Positions 23,870-38,379 of a stretch of DNA of 64,000 nucleotides are shown here, one piece after another. The first letter of the stretch is position 1; each line of letters begins with the position of its first letter. A model generated the notes under the pieces. The model was not told the DNA's origin. It did not search any database and saw nothing but the letters and a program-made list of their open reading frames with translations. Position numbers and translations under genes: made by a program. Origin of the DNA: the human T2T-CHM13v2.0 reference genome, Homo sapiens; NCBI RefSeq assembly GCF_009914755.1, contig NC_060935.1, one strand, 5' to 3'.

Positions 23870-26800
23870 GCCATGTTATAACTCTGTGGAAGTGTTTTTC
23901 GTATTGCTACACAATTGTCATAATTTCAGTGGTCAAAGAACACACTGAATGGGTGTGTCATTAGTTAGTATGGATGGAAGGATCTGAAGCCTCTGTGTCT
24001 GGTCTTTATTGGGTTACCCCCTTTACCACTGACCAGGACTGAGCAAGGGAGTATTAAAGGGCTCCCCAGTTAGTATATGGGGCTCTGGTCGTGGTCCTCC
24101 CTGTCCCCATTGTAAGGCAACAACCATATTTCCTTGTGATAATTGGGATTGATTACTTGGGCTTACACAGTGATTCCCTTCTCTGTCCGTTGATTCAGAG
24201 TCCTGAGGAGCCCAAAATGGCCACACAATAGTTTCAGTTTTCAATTCATTGGAAAAATTACTGCATTCTCTGGAGGGAGTGTTTCTCCCCTGGGAGAAAC
24301 TAGGTGCTCCAAACCACTGAATCCAAGACCACGGGCACAGGCAGGAAATATTCTTCTAGTGAGTTTGTGGGTGATAGTGAAAGAGGCCACTCCTATCTTT
24401 CTTCCTTGGTTCCCAGCCCATCCCTTCTGCTGTAGGAAGATGGCCCACTTGGCCCCTAGTATAAGGCATATACTGCATCCTGGAAGCACAGGATGCCATC
24501 TCCTAGCTCATTTGGCAACTGAGCTATTCTCCAATGGACCATTCCACATTTCTGTCAAGCCAGGTGCTTCTGGGCAATGGGAGATGAGCTCACTGCTTCA
24601 GTTCCTTTGCAGTAAAATGCTTCCCCTGGTTAGAGGCAATGTCGTGTAGGACAACATAGTAACATATAGGGCACTCTTAGACTATGAACGATGGTACTGG
24701 CAAAAGCACTGTAGGCAAGAAAAGCAACTCTACACACAGTTATATTTCTATCTCTACAAGCAGAAAGAAAGGCATTGTTGCTTCTATGAAGGGAGAGCTC
24801 TCATATAATCAAACTGTCACCAAGTAACTGGCTGACCCCCCAGGGAAGTGGTGCCGGTTTTTGAGCTTAGCAGTGGCCTCTGCTATCTGCAGGTTGGACA
24901 CTCAGCTGTGGAAGCAGCTAGATGGGTCTTGATGAGTGCAAGCCGATGTTGTCAAGCCAATGCAAGTCTCCATTCTGAATGCCATGGCCACACGGCCATT
25001 GAGTAAGCACGGGGAGGGGGGTGGGCTATGGAAAGAAGCTGACTGATAGCCACAAGTCACCTTGTCCACCTAATCTTGAGGATTTCTGTCATAGATGCCC
25101 ACTAGTGGGGCATTCATGTGGAGCACATGTGACTGCTCTGAGAGGCTTGCCCACACACCTCATTGACACCAATTTCCAATCTTGTTTATAGCAAGACTCT
25201 GGCCATCCAGACAGTCCATTGTCAACTGCCCATGAGTCAAAGTAAATAAGTACCACAGGCCCTCTCTCCTTCAGCACAAAATGGACAACTAGCTGTGCCC
25301 CTCTGAAATCCTGCCCAAGAGGAAAATTTCCTTTCACCACTTGTATGTCAGGACCAGCCTTGATTGGAGAGGTAATGCAGCTACCATCCCTTTCTGGCTG
25401 GTACCAGCATACCGTGATATCCACCCATGAACCAGACCTACACTTCTTCCTCCTCCACCAACTGCCAATGAGAAACTCCCCATGTATGGTTTTGGTATCA
25501 GGTATCAGTTGAAGGAGAAGTGGCAAAAAATAAGAGAAGGTACCATGGCAGTCTAGGCCATCTGCTTGGCCACATAGAATGCTTCTATGCATGGCCAATC
25601 TTCTGATCCGGGGAATCAGATAGCCCCTGGTTCAGTGGTCCATTCTGCTAGAACAGTCATTCAGTATTCATAGTCACATTTGGTCTCCACCAGGAGTAGG
25701 AGCAAGTCAGAACTGCTTTTCAAGTGGATGAAAGTTGTCCACAAAAAATAATATATATGGTTTTATGCCCAAAGCCTAGTGCTCTGTGCTGTGATTCTCC
25801 TGTTGGAAGTTGAAGAGGCTCTATACTGCATCTCTGTCTGCCACAGATACCATGGGGTCTGTTGGGTCATAAGTTTCAGTGGCAGGGCAAGTTGCACAAA
25901 TCTGCTGTTCAGTCCCTTTATTGCCGTGGGACCTGCTGAAAACTGGCAGATTTCTGAGCTACCTGATAAATAGATCAACACTCCCAAATGTGGTATTATT
26001 AGGTGGGTGCAAAAGCAACTGTGGTTTTTGCCATACTTTTATGCCATGCTTTTATGGCAAAAACCGCAATTGCTTTTGCACCAACCTAAGACATTGCTTC
26101 TAGCATCCAAACAGGCTCACCAAGCACTATGTCCCCTTCTATGTGATGTTTGGTACAACATGCCACAACTTGCTTCTCGCATTAGAAAAGGTATTCCACG
26201 GACCCCTAGGAACTTCACCAATATGACAGCCCCCTGAATTTTTGCAAGGTGTACCTCCTTCTCTCCGGCGTGTATCACTAGGATATTTAAAATACCAGCT
26301 CCCTCCTAAACACCAGATCCAATTAGCAAAATGACATCAATATAATGAACCAGCATGATGTTCTGTGGAATACTGAGCGGATCCAAGGTCCCTTTGAGCT
26401 CTATTACGTTAGCAAACTAGAGAGGTAACATAGCTCTGGGGACAAAACAATAAATAAAGGCATCCTGTTGTTCTGCAAACCTCTTTTTCCTTACTGATAG
26501 GAATGGAAAAGAAAATATTTGCCAGTCTAATGGCTGCAAACCAGGTGTCAGGGGCTGTACTGACTTGATCCAAAAGATAGCTGGAATGGCAGCTTCGCCT
26601 GGCATCATTTACTAATTATTAATAAGTTTGTGATAATATACTATTATTCTGTAGGACCCAGCTGGTCTTTGCACCAGTCAGAGTGCAATTTAAATGGGGC
26701 TGTCATAGGAATTACCACCCCTGCTTCTCTGAAGTCTTTGATGCAGACACTAATTTCTGCAATTCCCTGAGGGGGATTGCTTTTGCTGTACTCACTGGGC

Positions 26801-27600
26801 AGGGGGGAGCTGGGTAGGGAGCTTTCCCCCATGGAACACTTTCCCCCATGGAACCCCCAATCCACAGGCCAGGAAACAAATATAGGGAACAAATATAGGG
26901 ATTCTATTAGTGGTTATATATGTCTACTCCCATCATTCATTCTGAAACTGGGGAGACAACCACAGAATGCATGCATGATCCCACCAGACCCTCCATTAGA
27001 AGGTCTCAGGCCAAGATCGCATGTGTTCCCTGACCTTGTTACTCTTTCCCAGTGGCCCTCGGGCATTTTTGTTCTTTAGGAGAGAGGGATCCTTTGGCCT
27101 AGTCTCTAGTAACCTTCTGGATGGCCTGAGTCCCTCCCCAGAGAACAGTCACCTTGGTTCATACCACAGGTCCCCCTTGGAGGAAGAGTCATGATCAATA
27201 ATTTCCTCAAAGAGACACAGAGTCCCCTCAGTCAAGGACTCTGAGTCTGTGGACGGCTCAGTCTGGGAACCTGGTAAAAGACAATACCTTCTACTATAAT
27301 GACTCAGGATGAGTTTCCATGTAGCACAGTTTGAAGTTTTCTTTCCATATGTGTCAAGCATATATATGTGCCCCTCCTTTAGTGTAAGAGGCTGTGAGGA
27401 GGGAGGTGTTACAACTCTGCAGCCTTTAGCTGGATCCTGGATTTGGTGCCCTGTTATACCTTCCCTGCACCTACAGGACATGAGGTACTCCTTCAAGGTG
27501 TCATGGAAGCCTTCTGAAGGTCACATGTTCTCAGTTGTATGGTCATAATTTTAAATTTCATATTTCATATATACATGGCTGTAAGAAACAGCCAGGTTGC
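23870..27600 (-). mobile_element. Degenerate ERVL-class internal region (gag-pol remnants)
   Basis: Minus-strand peptides resemble HERV-L pol: GIAEISVCIKDFREAGVVIP (RT start, ~26700-26770), PQNIMLVHYIDVILLI (decayed YIDD motif, ~26320-26372) and YFDSWAVDNGLSGW...DWK (RNase H, ~25170-25250). Many stops and frameshifts. Confidence 0.8.
25999..26089. mobile_element. MADE1 (Hsmar1-derived MITE) nested in ERVL pol
   Basis: Palindromic TIRs ttaggtgggtgcaaaagcaactgtggtttttgccat ... atggcaaaaaccgcaattgcttttgcaccaacctaa. Confidence 0.92.
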
Positions 27601-27885
27601 TTATCTTATCTGATTCTAAGAGTCAAAACAAAATAAAACAAAAGAAGTAGTCAGGAGCCTCCACCATGTTCACAAGCAGTCTCATTGCCACCAGGCTAAG
27701 TGCCAAAGCTGCCTCATAGCCCAAGGTCTGGCTTCTGACCTGCACTTCAGCCTTTGCTCCCACCAGTGATAACTTGCTTGCATCCTATTTCTCCCAGCAA
27801 GGAGATAATCCCTGTGTTGCACAAATACAGAACCAGCCCAACTCCAGAATCCTGTTTGAAGGGTCTGTTTCCTAGGGCCGCTTCT

Positions 27886-28360
27886 GGTATTAGTCAGGTC
27901 CAGCAGAAACTGAGGGCACACTCAAATTAGGACAATTCTAGAGAAACTGTTCACACAGGGCGATGATAAGGGTGGGGGTAGTGACACCATAGAGAATGTT
28001 GCAGTGACTCAAGGCTAATGTTGGCAGAACTGTTGCCTCCCCAGGCCCAAAGGTCTGAGGAGAGGGAGTTTTCAGGAGATGCGAAGAAAGCTGGCTCCCT
28101 TGACAGGAGCAATGACTTTGGTGAAAGGGCACAACTAGATTGCAGCGTCCGTACAGGGAGGGACTCAGGGAACTAGAAGCCCGATCCTGTGTCCTCCCTC
28201 CCTCTGATGTGCTGTTAGGGCTTCTCATTGGCCAAACTCAATTGAATCCAGGGACAAGAGACCCATTGCTGTTGTTCATACACGTCAGCTCCTGGCGCCC
28301 AGAAAGGGCGGGTGAGGGTGGAAAGTGGATCTGGACGGGCAAAGGGAAGACCTCAGCACA
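27886..28360 (-). mobile_element. ERVL-class LTR relic (subfamily uncertain)
   Basis: The terminus tattagtcaggtccagcagaaactgagggcacactcaaatt lies next to the ERVL internal sequence. Confidence 0.45.
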
Positions 28361-30507
28361 ACCACTTTCCCTGGGAGAGTCAAGGGGCAGGGCCTCGGGA
28401 AGGGGAGGTTTTTCCCAGGAGCAGGTTCCTCCAAGCGCATCCGAGGAGAGAGGAGTGACACAGGCAAGTGTGCAGAGGCTAGAAGCTGCAAGGTACATGC
28501 AGGTGTGGGCTGTTTTCCTGCAAGGAACGTGGATATCAAGACACAAAGGTGACAGGCAGGCCTGGCCCCAGGTCTTTGTTAATCTGGAAGAGACCTTATT
28601 TCTGGAATCTGTTCATCTTCCTGGCTTGGCTCCTCCCCCACTGGAAACCCAGAGAACTCAGGAGAGACCCCCAACACAGTGGCCCACGCACGGCTGATAC
28701 CACTGGCTAGGGCCACAACACCAACATTCTACCCTGCTGTCCACCCAGTTCCCAAGGCCTTTAGGGCTCTGATCTCACCAGGGCTCATTTGCCCAAACTT
28801 AACCCTTTAACCAATTTTTTCCTGAGTGCCTAGCCCTGCAAGTGAGACATGGTTTCCATGCCTGAAGGGGCCACTGTCTGGTGTCTGCCTCTATAAAATC
28901 CTGTGGCAATAACAGCTCAGCTAGAAGAAAATACAAGGTGTGCACGGAGCCCAGAAGAGGAGACTAAGTGCGTGGGGTAAAGACAAGGAAGCTGTCAAGA
29001 AGGAGGTGTCCTCTGACTGTGTCTCGAGTGTCCATAGCCACTCGTCAGGCACATAGGAGAGGAAGGCATATCAGGCAACAGGACCAGCATCAGCAAGTGT
29101 CTGGAGGCACAAGGGCATGGAGAATGCCAGGAAAAGCAAATGCTTGGTTTCCTGAGGCTGGGACATGGCAGGCGATGAGGCTGGAGGGGTTGGCAGGGGC
29201 CAAATAAAAGAGGGCCTTAAATACCAGCCTTGGGAGTTTAGATTTTACCCTAAAGACAAAGAGCAGGTAGCAGGGGGCTCTGGAGAGTTCATGGCTTCGT
29301 CTGCATTTTTGAGATGTTACTATTGTTGTCTCCATTTGACAGATGAGGAAACTGAGACTCAGGGTAGGTGAATAACTTACACAAGGTGACGTAGCTTGTG
29401 CAAGTCATGTGACGTACATCCTAGAAGCATCTTATCTCTTTGAATTCCTGGGGAGAGCAGCAGAGTATGGTGTTATGCTCTAGTTATCTGATGATGGGAA
29501 ACTACCTCAAACTTAAAGGCTTAGCACATTGACTATTGTTGATTTCGCTCATGAATCTACAATTTGGGCAGGGATTGACAAGGAAGCTTTGTCTCTATGC
29601 CATACAGCATCAGCTGGGGCCACTTCTCCAAAGCAACTTGTAGAGTGCAGGGCCTGGCTAGGACCAGGAGGCAAGTCCCAGGAATTGGGGGGAAGGCCAG
29701 CCACCAGCTCCTAGGTCCTGGCAGAGACTGAGTCACAGACAGAGGGCCATTGCTCTGGTGAGTGTTACCAGGAGACAGGACTGTCCTGGCTGGTGGGGTA
29801 TTAAAGGCCCATCAAGGGTGTTAAAGGCCACTCCGTCTGTTCCCCAGGAAAATGGAAGTCCTTCACCGTGGAAGGAGTTTTAAGTGGCCTCCATGCCACC
29901 ACTGAGACAGGACAGCAGGTCCCTGTGGTATCTCCACTCAAGCTTGCACACGTCCACTGCTGAGCCATTCACTGCTCCCTGCTGTGGAGCGCTCAGCCTG
30001 CAGGCTTCTATCCTTGGAGTTGGGAAACCAGCCTCATTCCAACCTCCACACTCTGGTCGCTGTTCTGAGCTCTTTGCCCACAGGAAAAGCCTGCCCCGCT
30101 CCCGTTGTCAGCCCCAGGTAGTCAGGCAGCAGCAACAAACATACAACACAAGTAAATCACACCCACAGAGCCTTTGCAAACACCCAGTTCATGTCTCATT
30201 TAGGACTGTCCCAGGTGCTTTGCACTCATTCAGTTGCCACACTCCTATGAACGGGACAGGCCTTCCCTGTCTTGCTCATCACTGGGTCCCCAGGACCCTG
30301 CCTGGCATATATTAGATATACAATAAGTATATGTTGAATTATTAACCCCATTTGGTGGATGAGAGAACCAAGGCACAGAGGGGTTATTGCTTGCCGAAGA
30401 TCACACAGCTCTGAAGTGGCAGAGCTGGGATTTAGAGCCAGGCACTCTAGCTCCAAAATTCATGCCTTCAACTCCAATATGTTCTGCTTTTTAATTAACA
30501 TAATGTC

Positions 30508-30819
<312 letters not shown>

Positions 30820-31454
30820 TCAACCATTTCCCCAACTTTTCTTTTTACTGGAAAGCATTTCCAAACTTTTTTCTTACATAGGTAATAACAATGACATGAC
30901 ATAAGTAGCACTTGTCTATGGCCCTGGAATATAGTCTCATCTCACTGGAGCCTCATTAGAACCTCTACAGCGTAAGGCTCAGACGAACAATGGCCTTTCC
31001 TGCCCTGTTCATTGCTGTACCCCCAAAGCCAAGCCTAGTGCATAGTATATACACAATAAATACATGCTGAATTAGTTAACTTTACAGATGAGGAACTGGG
31101 ATTCAGAGAGCTGATTCTTGCTCAGGGTGACAGAATCAGTAAATGACAGAGCCCTGATTTGAAACTGGTCACTCTGTCCCCAAAGACTATTTCTACTGCA
31201 TCATGCTCCTTGGCCTTTCTGGGTTTCAGTTCCTCACCAGTTAAATGGGAATCCCAAGGCTCCTTAGAGTGTCTGTCATGACAAAGGATATAATGGAAGT
31301 GAAGGTGCTCTGCCAAGAGGAAAGGGACACATGGGTTGGGGGAGGTCTTTCTTGTTTCTTTCACTGAGGCCTCTGCAGGGCCTAGTGCAGGGGAGGAGCT
31401 GGGGATGCTGCAGTGAGAGAGAGGATGATGCCTACAGGACATGAGTAAAATTGA

Positions 31455-31590
31455 GATGGATGGATGGACAGATGGATGGATGAGTGGATGTAGGGATGGC
31501 AGATGGATGGATGGGCAGGTGGGTGGATAGATGAAAGGACAAATGGGTGTATGGATGGATGGATAGATAGATGGGTAGATGGACAGATAG
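31455..31590. repeat. (GGAT)n tract, resuming at ~31994-32075 after the LTR
   Basis: Visible on both sides of the MST LTR. Confidence 0.85.
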
Positions 31591-31993
31591 TGTCTTAGTT
31601 CATTTTGTGCTGCTATAGCAGAATATCACAGACTAGGTAATTTAGAATGAACAGAAATTTATTTGGTTCATGGTTCTGGAGGCTGAAAAGTGCAAGACTG
31701 AGGGGCCGGCATCTGGTGAGGGACTTCTTGCTGCAGCACAACATGGTGGAAGGCATCTCATGGCAAGAAAGAGCATGCAGGTGAGAGAGAGGCAAAAGGG
31801 GGCCAAACTCATTCTTTTATAAGGAACTCATAATAACAACCCATTCCCATGATAATGGCATTAATTCATTCATGAGGGCAGAGCCCCCATGAGCTAAGGC
31901 CTCATCTTGTTAAGGCCTCACCTCCCAATATCTCCACATTGAGGATCAAATTTCCAACATACAGACTTTGGGGGACACATTCGAACCATAGTA
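31591..31993 (-). mobile_element. MaLR MST-family solo LTR
   Basis: tgtcttagttcattttgtgctgctatagcagaatatcacagactaggtaattt ... ttgggggacacattcgaaccatagta. Confidence 0.85.
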
Positions 31994-32118
31994 GATGGAA
32001 AACTAGATGGGTGGATGGAAGGCAGATGGATCGGTAGGTGGATAAGCGAATGCAAGGATGATGATGGATGGATGTGAAATAGACATTACTGTCCAGTGTG
32101 GTCTCAGGCTGGTATTTT

Positions 32119-32354
32119 TTATTTTTATTTTTATTATACTTTAAGTTTTAGGGTACATGTGCACAACGTGCAGGTTTGTTACATATGTATACATGTGCCA
32201 TGTTGGTATGCTGCACCCATTAACTCATCATTTAACATTAGGTATATCTCCTAATGCTATCCCTCCCCCCTCCCCCCTCCCCCCACCCCACGACTGGCCC
32301 TGGTGTGTGATGTTCCCCTTCCTGTGTCCATGTGTTCTCAGTGTTCAATTCTCA
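32119..32354 (-). mobile_element. Primate L1PA 3' end (~235 bp, 5'-truncated) with 15-bp TSD
   Basis: ttattatactttaagttttagggtacatgtgcacaacgtgcaggtttg. TSD tcaggctggtatttt at 32104-32118 and 32355-32369. Confidence 0.93.
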
Positions 32355-32580
32355 TCAGGCTGGTATTTTAGTCTTTATCCAGCAGAGGGCACCAAGGCTC
32401 CAATAATTGGCCTACGCTGGAGTTTCTTGGCAGTAGAAAGCTGCCTGCAGGAGAGCACACCTGGAGTCAGAACCAGGCCCAGCCTGTAGCTTGTGGGCAG
32501 CTCAGGCAGGTGATAGGCTCAGGACACAAAGGACCAAGTTAGGGTCCTGGGGTGCAGGGGCATAAAAAACACAGGCTTAG

Positions 32581-32871
32581 GGTGTGGTGGCTCACACCTG
32601 TAATCCCAGCACTTTGGGAAGCCGGGGCAGGCAGATCACTTGAGGCCAGGAGCTCAAGGCCAGCCTGGCCAACATGGTGAAACCCCATCTTTACTAAAAA
32701 TACAAAAATTAGCCGGGTGTGGTGGCATGCACCTGCAATCCCAGCTACTCAGGAGGCTGAGGCAGGAGAATTGCTTGAACCCGGGAGGCAGAGTTTGCAG
32801 TGAGTGGAGAATGCAACACTGCATTCCAGCCTGGGCGACAGAGTGAGAATCCATCTAAAAAAAAAAAAAAA
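32581..32871 (+). mobile_element. AluS
   Basis: Both arms and polyA; flanked by cac(a/g)ggcttaggg repeats. Confidence 0.93.
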
Positions 32872-34596
32872 GCACGGGCTTAGGGACAGACCCTGGCATC
32901 TCCCTCCTGGAATGGGGCCTCAGGGGCCCCATTTTCCCCTTTGAGGAAATAGGTGCACCTTCTGGGCTTGTGGTGAGGATGAAATTAGATGCTCGAGAGG
33001 GAAAGTTTGGTATGCTGGGGGCCCCTGACACAGGTGAGGTATCTGAGGCTGAGAGGCCTGCATGACTTATTCTAGGCCACCCAGTAAGTGCGAGATAAGA
33101 GGTAAAGACAGCCTCTGAAGCTCCAAATGAGATTTCTATAAAAATAGAGAAAATTCTATTAGAGTAAAAGTGGTTCCTGGGGAATCAAGACAATTTGTGG
33201 GGTCAGGGGGGCTGCTCTGAGGCTGGAGACGATTGTTGGAGACCCTGGGAGGCTGAGTTACATCCTGAGCCTGTCCTGCCACCTGGGGTGGATACTAAAT
33301 ATGCACTTAGCACCCGACCAGGAGCCCCAGGTGCAAGCCGGTAGTGTGGGAAATTATCATTTTAACGTGAACTTGACTTGCACCTCCCACAGTGACTGGA
33401 TGTGAATTTGCCATCTTAACAGAGTGTTTCAGGAGGCTGAGTTTTTCCTTTGGGGTTTATTTTATGTGTTGCTGTCACTCCTGGTCCCTGCCAGGGATTT
33501 ATCACAGGGACCAAGCCTGTTTTGAATTGCTTCAGAATGAGCTTGTCGGCAGGCAGCATCCTGTAAAAGAAGCCAGGCCCAGTTCCAGACAGCTTCAAAC
33601 AGAGAAAGAATAAGCAGAGAAAGCCAATCTCAGGTTTCCCAGAAGCAAGTGGCTGTGCTGAGCAGAGGGAGGGTCCAGCCCAGAGCACGAAACAGCGGAC
33701 TAGCATTGGGTAGAGAGCTGGTCCCCTGGCTTGGTGAGGGCCAGCCTGGAGACTGGTAGAGGGACCCAAATTTGGGAGGGAGATAGTACTTTCAGTTTGC
33801 CCTTTTTGTTCTCATAAGGCAGCATTCAGAACTTGCCGCGGCACTGCAGGCCAGTATAGCCTTGAGCAGGACAGACCCACTGTGGTCTAAACCCACTCCT
33901 GGTGGGGCTGCCGCCTGAGACCACCTTTGTGTTTCAGCTGCCCCCAATGTAGTGCACCCAGAGTGAGTTAACACCCTCTGCCACCTGGAGGGTTTGCCTC
34001 CTCCACCTGAAGCACATGGCCCCAGCTCCCTGTCCTGGGCTCAAACGTGGTCTTTGCATTCATCCCTGATGAAGTTCCCCTGAGAGCATTCTGCTCATTA
34101 GTCCAACTTGTTGAGTCTCACACCTTCATGCATCTGTGGGCTCAACATTTTCTGATCTCCTGGTCTGTGCCAGCTCTGTTTTTGATACTGGTGAGACAAA
34201 AGAGACTGCTATAACCTGATGGGAAAGGCAGAGGTTTGCAACCTCGTGGAGGGTACGAGGCACAACAGGAGGTGCGAACAACCGGCTTTGGAAGGGGATC
34301 CTGTGGTCTGGCAATTCCTATCCTCACTATCCTCACGCATGGTGCAGGTTGATGAGCTCGCCCTCTGCGACCTTATCGCAATCTCCAGCTACGTGGTGGA
34401 GTGAGACAAAAGCAACAGACGGCAGGCTGGAGAGGACCTGCAACTGACAGAGAGCCAGCAGCAAAGAGCAAGGAGCAGATGGAAGAATCCAGAGACCTGT
34501 GAGCAGCAATGCGATGAGAAAGGGAGCTGCTTTTGTCAGCGGGGCTCCTGCCGGTGTCTGGAGGGCATGGGGCTGAGAGTTTGCAGTCTGATGCAC

Positions 34597-35055
34597 TGTC
34601 AAATTATTCTCCATGGCCCCAGTGCTGTTCCACAGTGGACAGGCATGTGCAAGCCTACTTCCAAAGGCCCAGGAAGCTGAGAGGCCGAAGAAAGAGGCTG
34701 ACATATCCCCTTCCTCAGAAGAAACATTTCAGAGGGACTCAAAGAGAAGCCACGTCCGAGAGACAAACTGGTGGATTCCTGAGCCATTCCCTTCCAGACC
34801 CAGGGCTTATCTACCATAGGGAAGGAATGTGTACGACAGTTATAGGGAAAGGCAGGAATGCTCTGTGAACCTGCCTAAGGAGAGGATTTAGGGTCAAGGT
34901 TTTTTTGGCCTAAAGGCAGGATTTACAGTACATAGTGCTCTTATACAAGGAATAGTAAATAAAGTAGAAATCTTAGAGGCCTTCCTTGACTGGGGTTCAT
35001 CAGAAGTCATCATGGCAGATTAACATGTAAAATGGAGCGGCTTTAGCCCCCAACA
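34597..35055 (-). mobile_element. ERV1-class LTR (MER31-like)
   Basis: Termini tgtcaaattattctc and ggggttcatcagaagtcatcatggcagattaacatgtaaaatggagcggctttagcccccaaca resemble the recalled MER31 consensus. Confidence 0.6.
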
Positions 35056-35892
35056 AATGCCCAAACAAGGCAGACTTGGCACAATGTTTGCAGCCTTCAC
35101 CACAGGCTGGCGGTGAGACCGAATGTGCAGAGCCGACACTAGGCTGTGGAGACCCGAGGGCCCGGCAGGCTCCCCTGTGCAGAGTTCCAGGGCAGTGGGA
35201 TGGGGAAGGAGGCAGCTCCTCCTCCGTGCTGATAAACCACCAGTGTGGGGCACCCCACAGGCAGGCCTGTCACACCTCACTCTGACATCTGGGGCCACCC
35301 TCTGGGGGCTTCGTGCTTCCTTCATGGCTGTGCCACCTGTGATGTGCCTGCCCCCTAGACCTGGCTCTAAAGGCTCAGCCCTGCCACACCTCCCACCCTG
35401 AAAATGCCAGGCCCAGAGCCTTTGGTCAGAATCCGACTCTGACGTGACCCCTGGTGAGATGGCAGATCTCACTTACTTTATTTCTGTTGTGTCTTTTCCA
35501 GGACTGGGACCCACTGTCAAAGGTCGGCTTCTGCAGGCTCCTTCAGCTCCTCCTCCCACTGGCAAATCTTCAACATGGGTAGTCACAGTAGGCAGAGGAC
35601 ATATGGGCAGGCCAGACTTGTGCTGGGCTGAAAATTCTGCCTCTAACTGACTTGTGGTCTCCTCACTTGTGAATGGAAGACAATTGCACAATTGCACCTG
35701 CCTCTTAGGGCAGCTGTGAGGTTTGCTTGGGGTGACAGGTGCATCGGGCACTGGTGGATGCCCAGTAAATGTCTATTAGATCCAGATTCTGGGATGCTTA
35801 GGGGCCAGATCGCAATCTGCAGGCTTGATGGGAATTACACCAGCTCCTAACTTGGGGCTGGGTCAGAATTCTTTCTCCCTATTGGGTCTTTG

Positions 35893-36113
35893 GGTTTTGT
35901 TTTGTTTTGTTTTGAGACGGGTTCTCACTCTCATTGCTCAGGCTGAAGTGCAGTGGCACCATGGTGGCTTACTGCAACCTCAACTTCCTGGGCTCAGGCA
36001 ATCCTCCCACCTCATCCTCTTGAGTAGCTGGGACTACAACTCCTGGGCTCAAGCAGTTTTCCCATCTCAGTCTCTCAAAGTGCTAGGGTTACAGGTGTGA
36101 GCCACCTGCCCTG
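35893..36113 (-). mobile_element. AluJ with internal deletion
   Basis: The right arm is joined to a partial left arm with no linker. Confidence 0.85.
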
Positions 36114-37581
36114 CCTCCTACTGGGTCTTGATCCATATCTACATAGAGAACGTTCCAAGGGCCAGACTGGGGCCGGAAGTTTGCAATTAAGGCTGGAGTA
36201 GACTCCAAAGAGAGGAAGCAACCTTTAGGTGGCCCTGAGTGCCAGCAGAAACTCCCGATGAGAGCTGAGTGCCAGAACTTGTGTCCCAGCTGCATGCACG
36301 TGTATGCAGGGGCGCGCATTACATGTGCATGTGCACCCCACACATTGGGTGGAGGGTGCTTGTGGAGCCGATGGCCACTCTCTGGGTTTGGGCTGTGGCA
36401 GGACTTCCACCCTCTGAGTGGTGCGTCTAACTTTCTGAGCCTTCCTTGAGACAGAGGTGGCCAGCTGGGCCCAACATGCTTCCTGGAGCCATCCTCACAG
36501 CTGCTATTCCCACTCCAGGGAGGAGCCTGGCTCTGGTAGGGGCAGCATGGCACCAGCTCCCTGCTCCCAGTCCTAGGTCAGGGCAGGAATGGGAAGGGGG
36601 ACTCTGAACAGGGATAGGGAAGTGGGTGGGGACCCAGGAACATTGGCATCAGGAACAGACTGAAAAAGCAGTGTCAGGAAGGGAGTTGGCAGGCAGTGAC
36701 CAAGTAGCAATGGGATGAGAAGGAGAAACAGAATCACATCAAAGTGATCACAGATGGGAAAGAAGTAGAAAGTCAGAAAGAGGGGCAGAGAGAGACAGAA
36801 ATTATAGAGTCAGAGGCAATGGAGACACAGAAAGGGAGACAGGGAGAAAGATAAAGAGACTCCAAGAAGAAAAATTATGACAGAAGCAGATGTGCAGGAA
36901 GAGAAACAAAGTCACAGAGGAAGGAGATGGAGAGAGACGCCAAAAGAATCAGAGGCAGAGAGGAAATGATACATGATCCACAAACAAGAAGCAGAAAGAG
37001 AGGGGCAAATACAAGGATGTGTGCCAGGGATGGGACGTAGGAGAGAGCAGAGCCAGGAGGGGCCTCAGAATCCACCATGTTCAACCCTCTCCCCATTTTG
37101 CAGGTGAGAAAACTGAGGCCCAGCAAATCATGGCAGGATCAGGCTCAGAATACAGGTGACAAAGAGAGCGAAAGAAGAAAGGGCCCTGGAGGAAAGATGA
37201 GAGCTGGACAGAGAGTTCCAAGGGGTGAGAAGCAGGAGGAGAGACGAATGGGAGCGGAAAGGGCGCAGCGGGCTATGGTAGGGGAAGGCCTCTCCCTAAA
37301 CCGGGGAATGGCAGTGGCCAGACTCCAGAGCCTCTGGCTTGGCCCAGGTCCCAGTTGCAGGCAGGGAAAGAGAAGGTGGGAAAGAAGAACAGAGCACTTG
37401 GCTAGGGTGTAGGGCAAGGCTGAACAAACACTGCCATGAGATTTCCATTTAAATCCCCACATTCCTACTGGGGCCAGCGATTTGTTCCTCAGACCTCTTC
37501 AGACTAGAAACAGTAAGTCAGAAAGAAGCACCCTGGAGGGGCATGCTGGCAGGCCTAAGATATGTCAGCCATGGAAATCTA

Positions 37582-38064
<483 letters not shown>

Positions 38065-38379
38065 TCATTTTAGGAAAAGGGTCTCCAATCAGGAATCTAA
38101 TGATGTATTCTTGGGGTTCCAGGATTTCAATGAGGCTTCTAAATTGAGTGTTTTCTTTGAGTTGGCATTATTTTTTAAGAGCTCGTCCCAGCTATGAAGG
38201 CAAATGGTTTCCTTTTCCGTGACCATTCAAAATTAAAAGGCATTTTCCTAGAATAAAACTTGAATTTCTGAAGTTAGGGTTGCGCAAGACTGAGCATCAA
38301 GCAGGTCAGTTCAATTAACGTCAGCCTTTACTCCCCTGGCCAGGTCCTGGGACCACGTGGGGGTGGTTGTTTGGCATGG

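Noticed and set aside
34337-34388. Codon-like CpG-rich minus-strand segment between tag| and |gtgag (GDCDKVAEGELINLHH; nearby ATGCGTGAG resembles a tubulin start)
   Set aside because: Too short, matches no protein I recognise, and the tubulin similarity ends after three codons.
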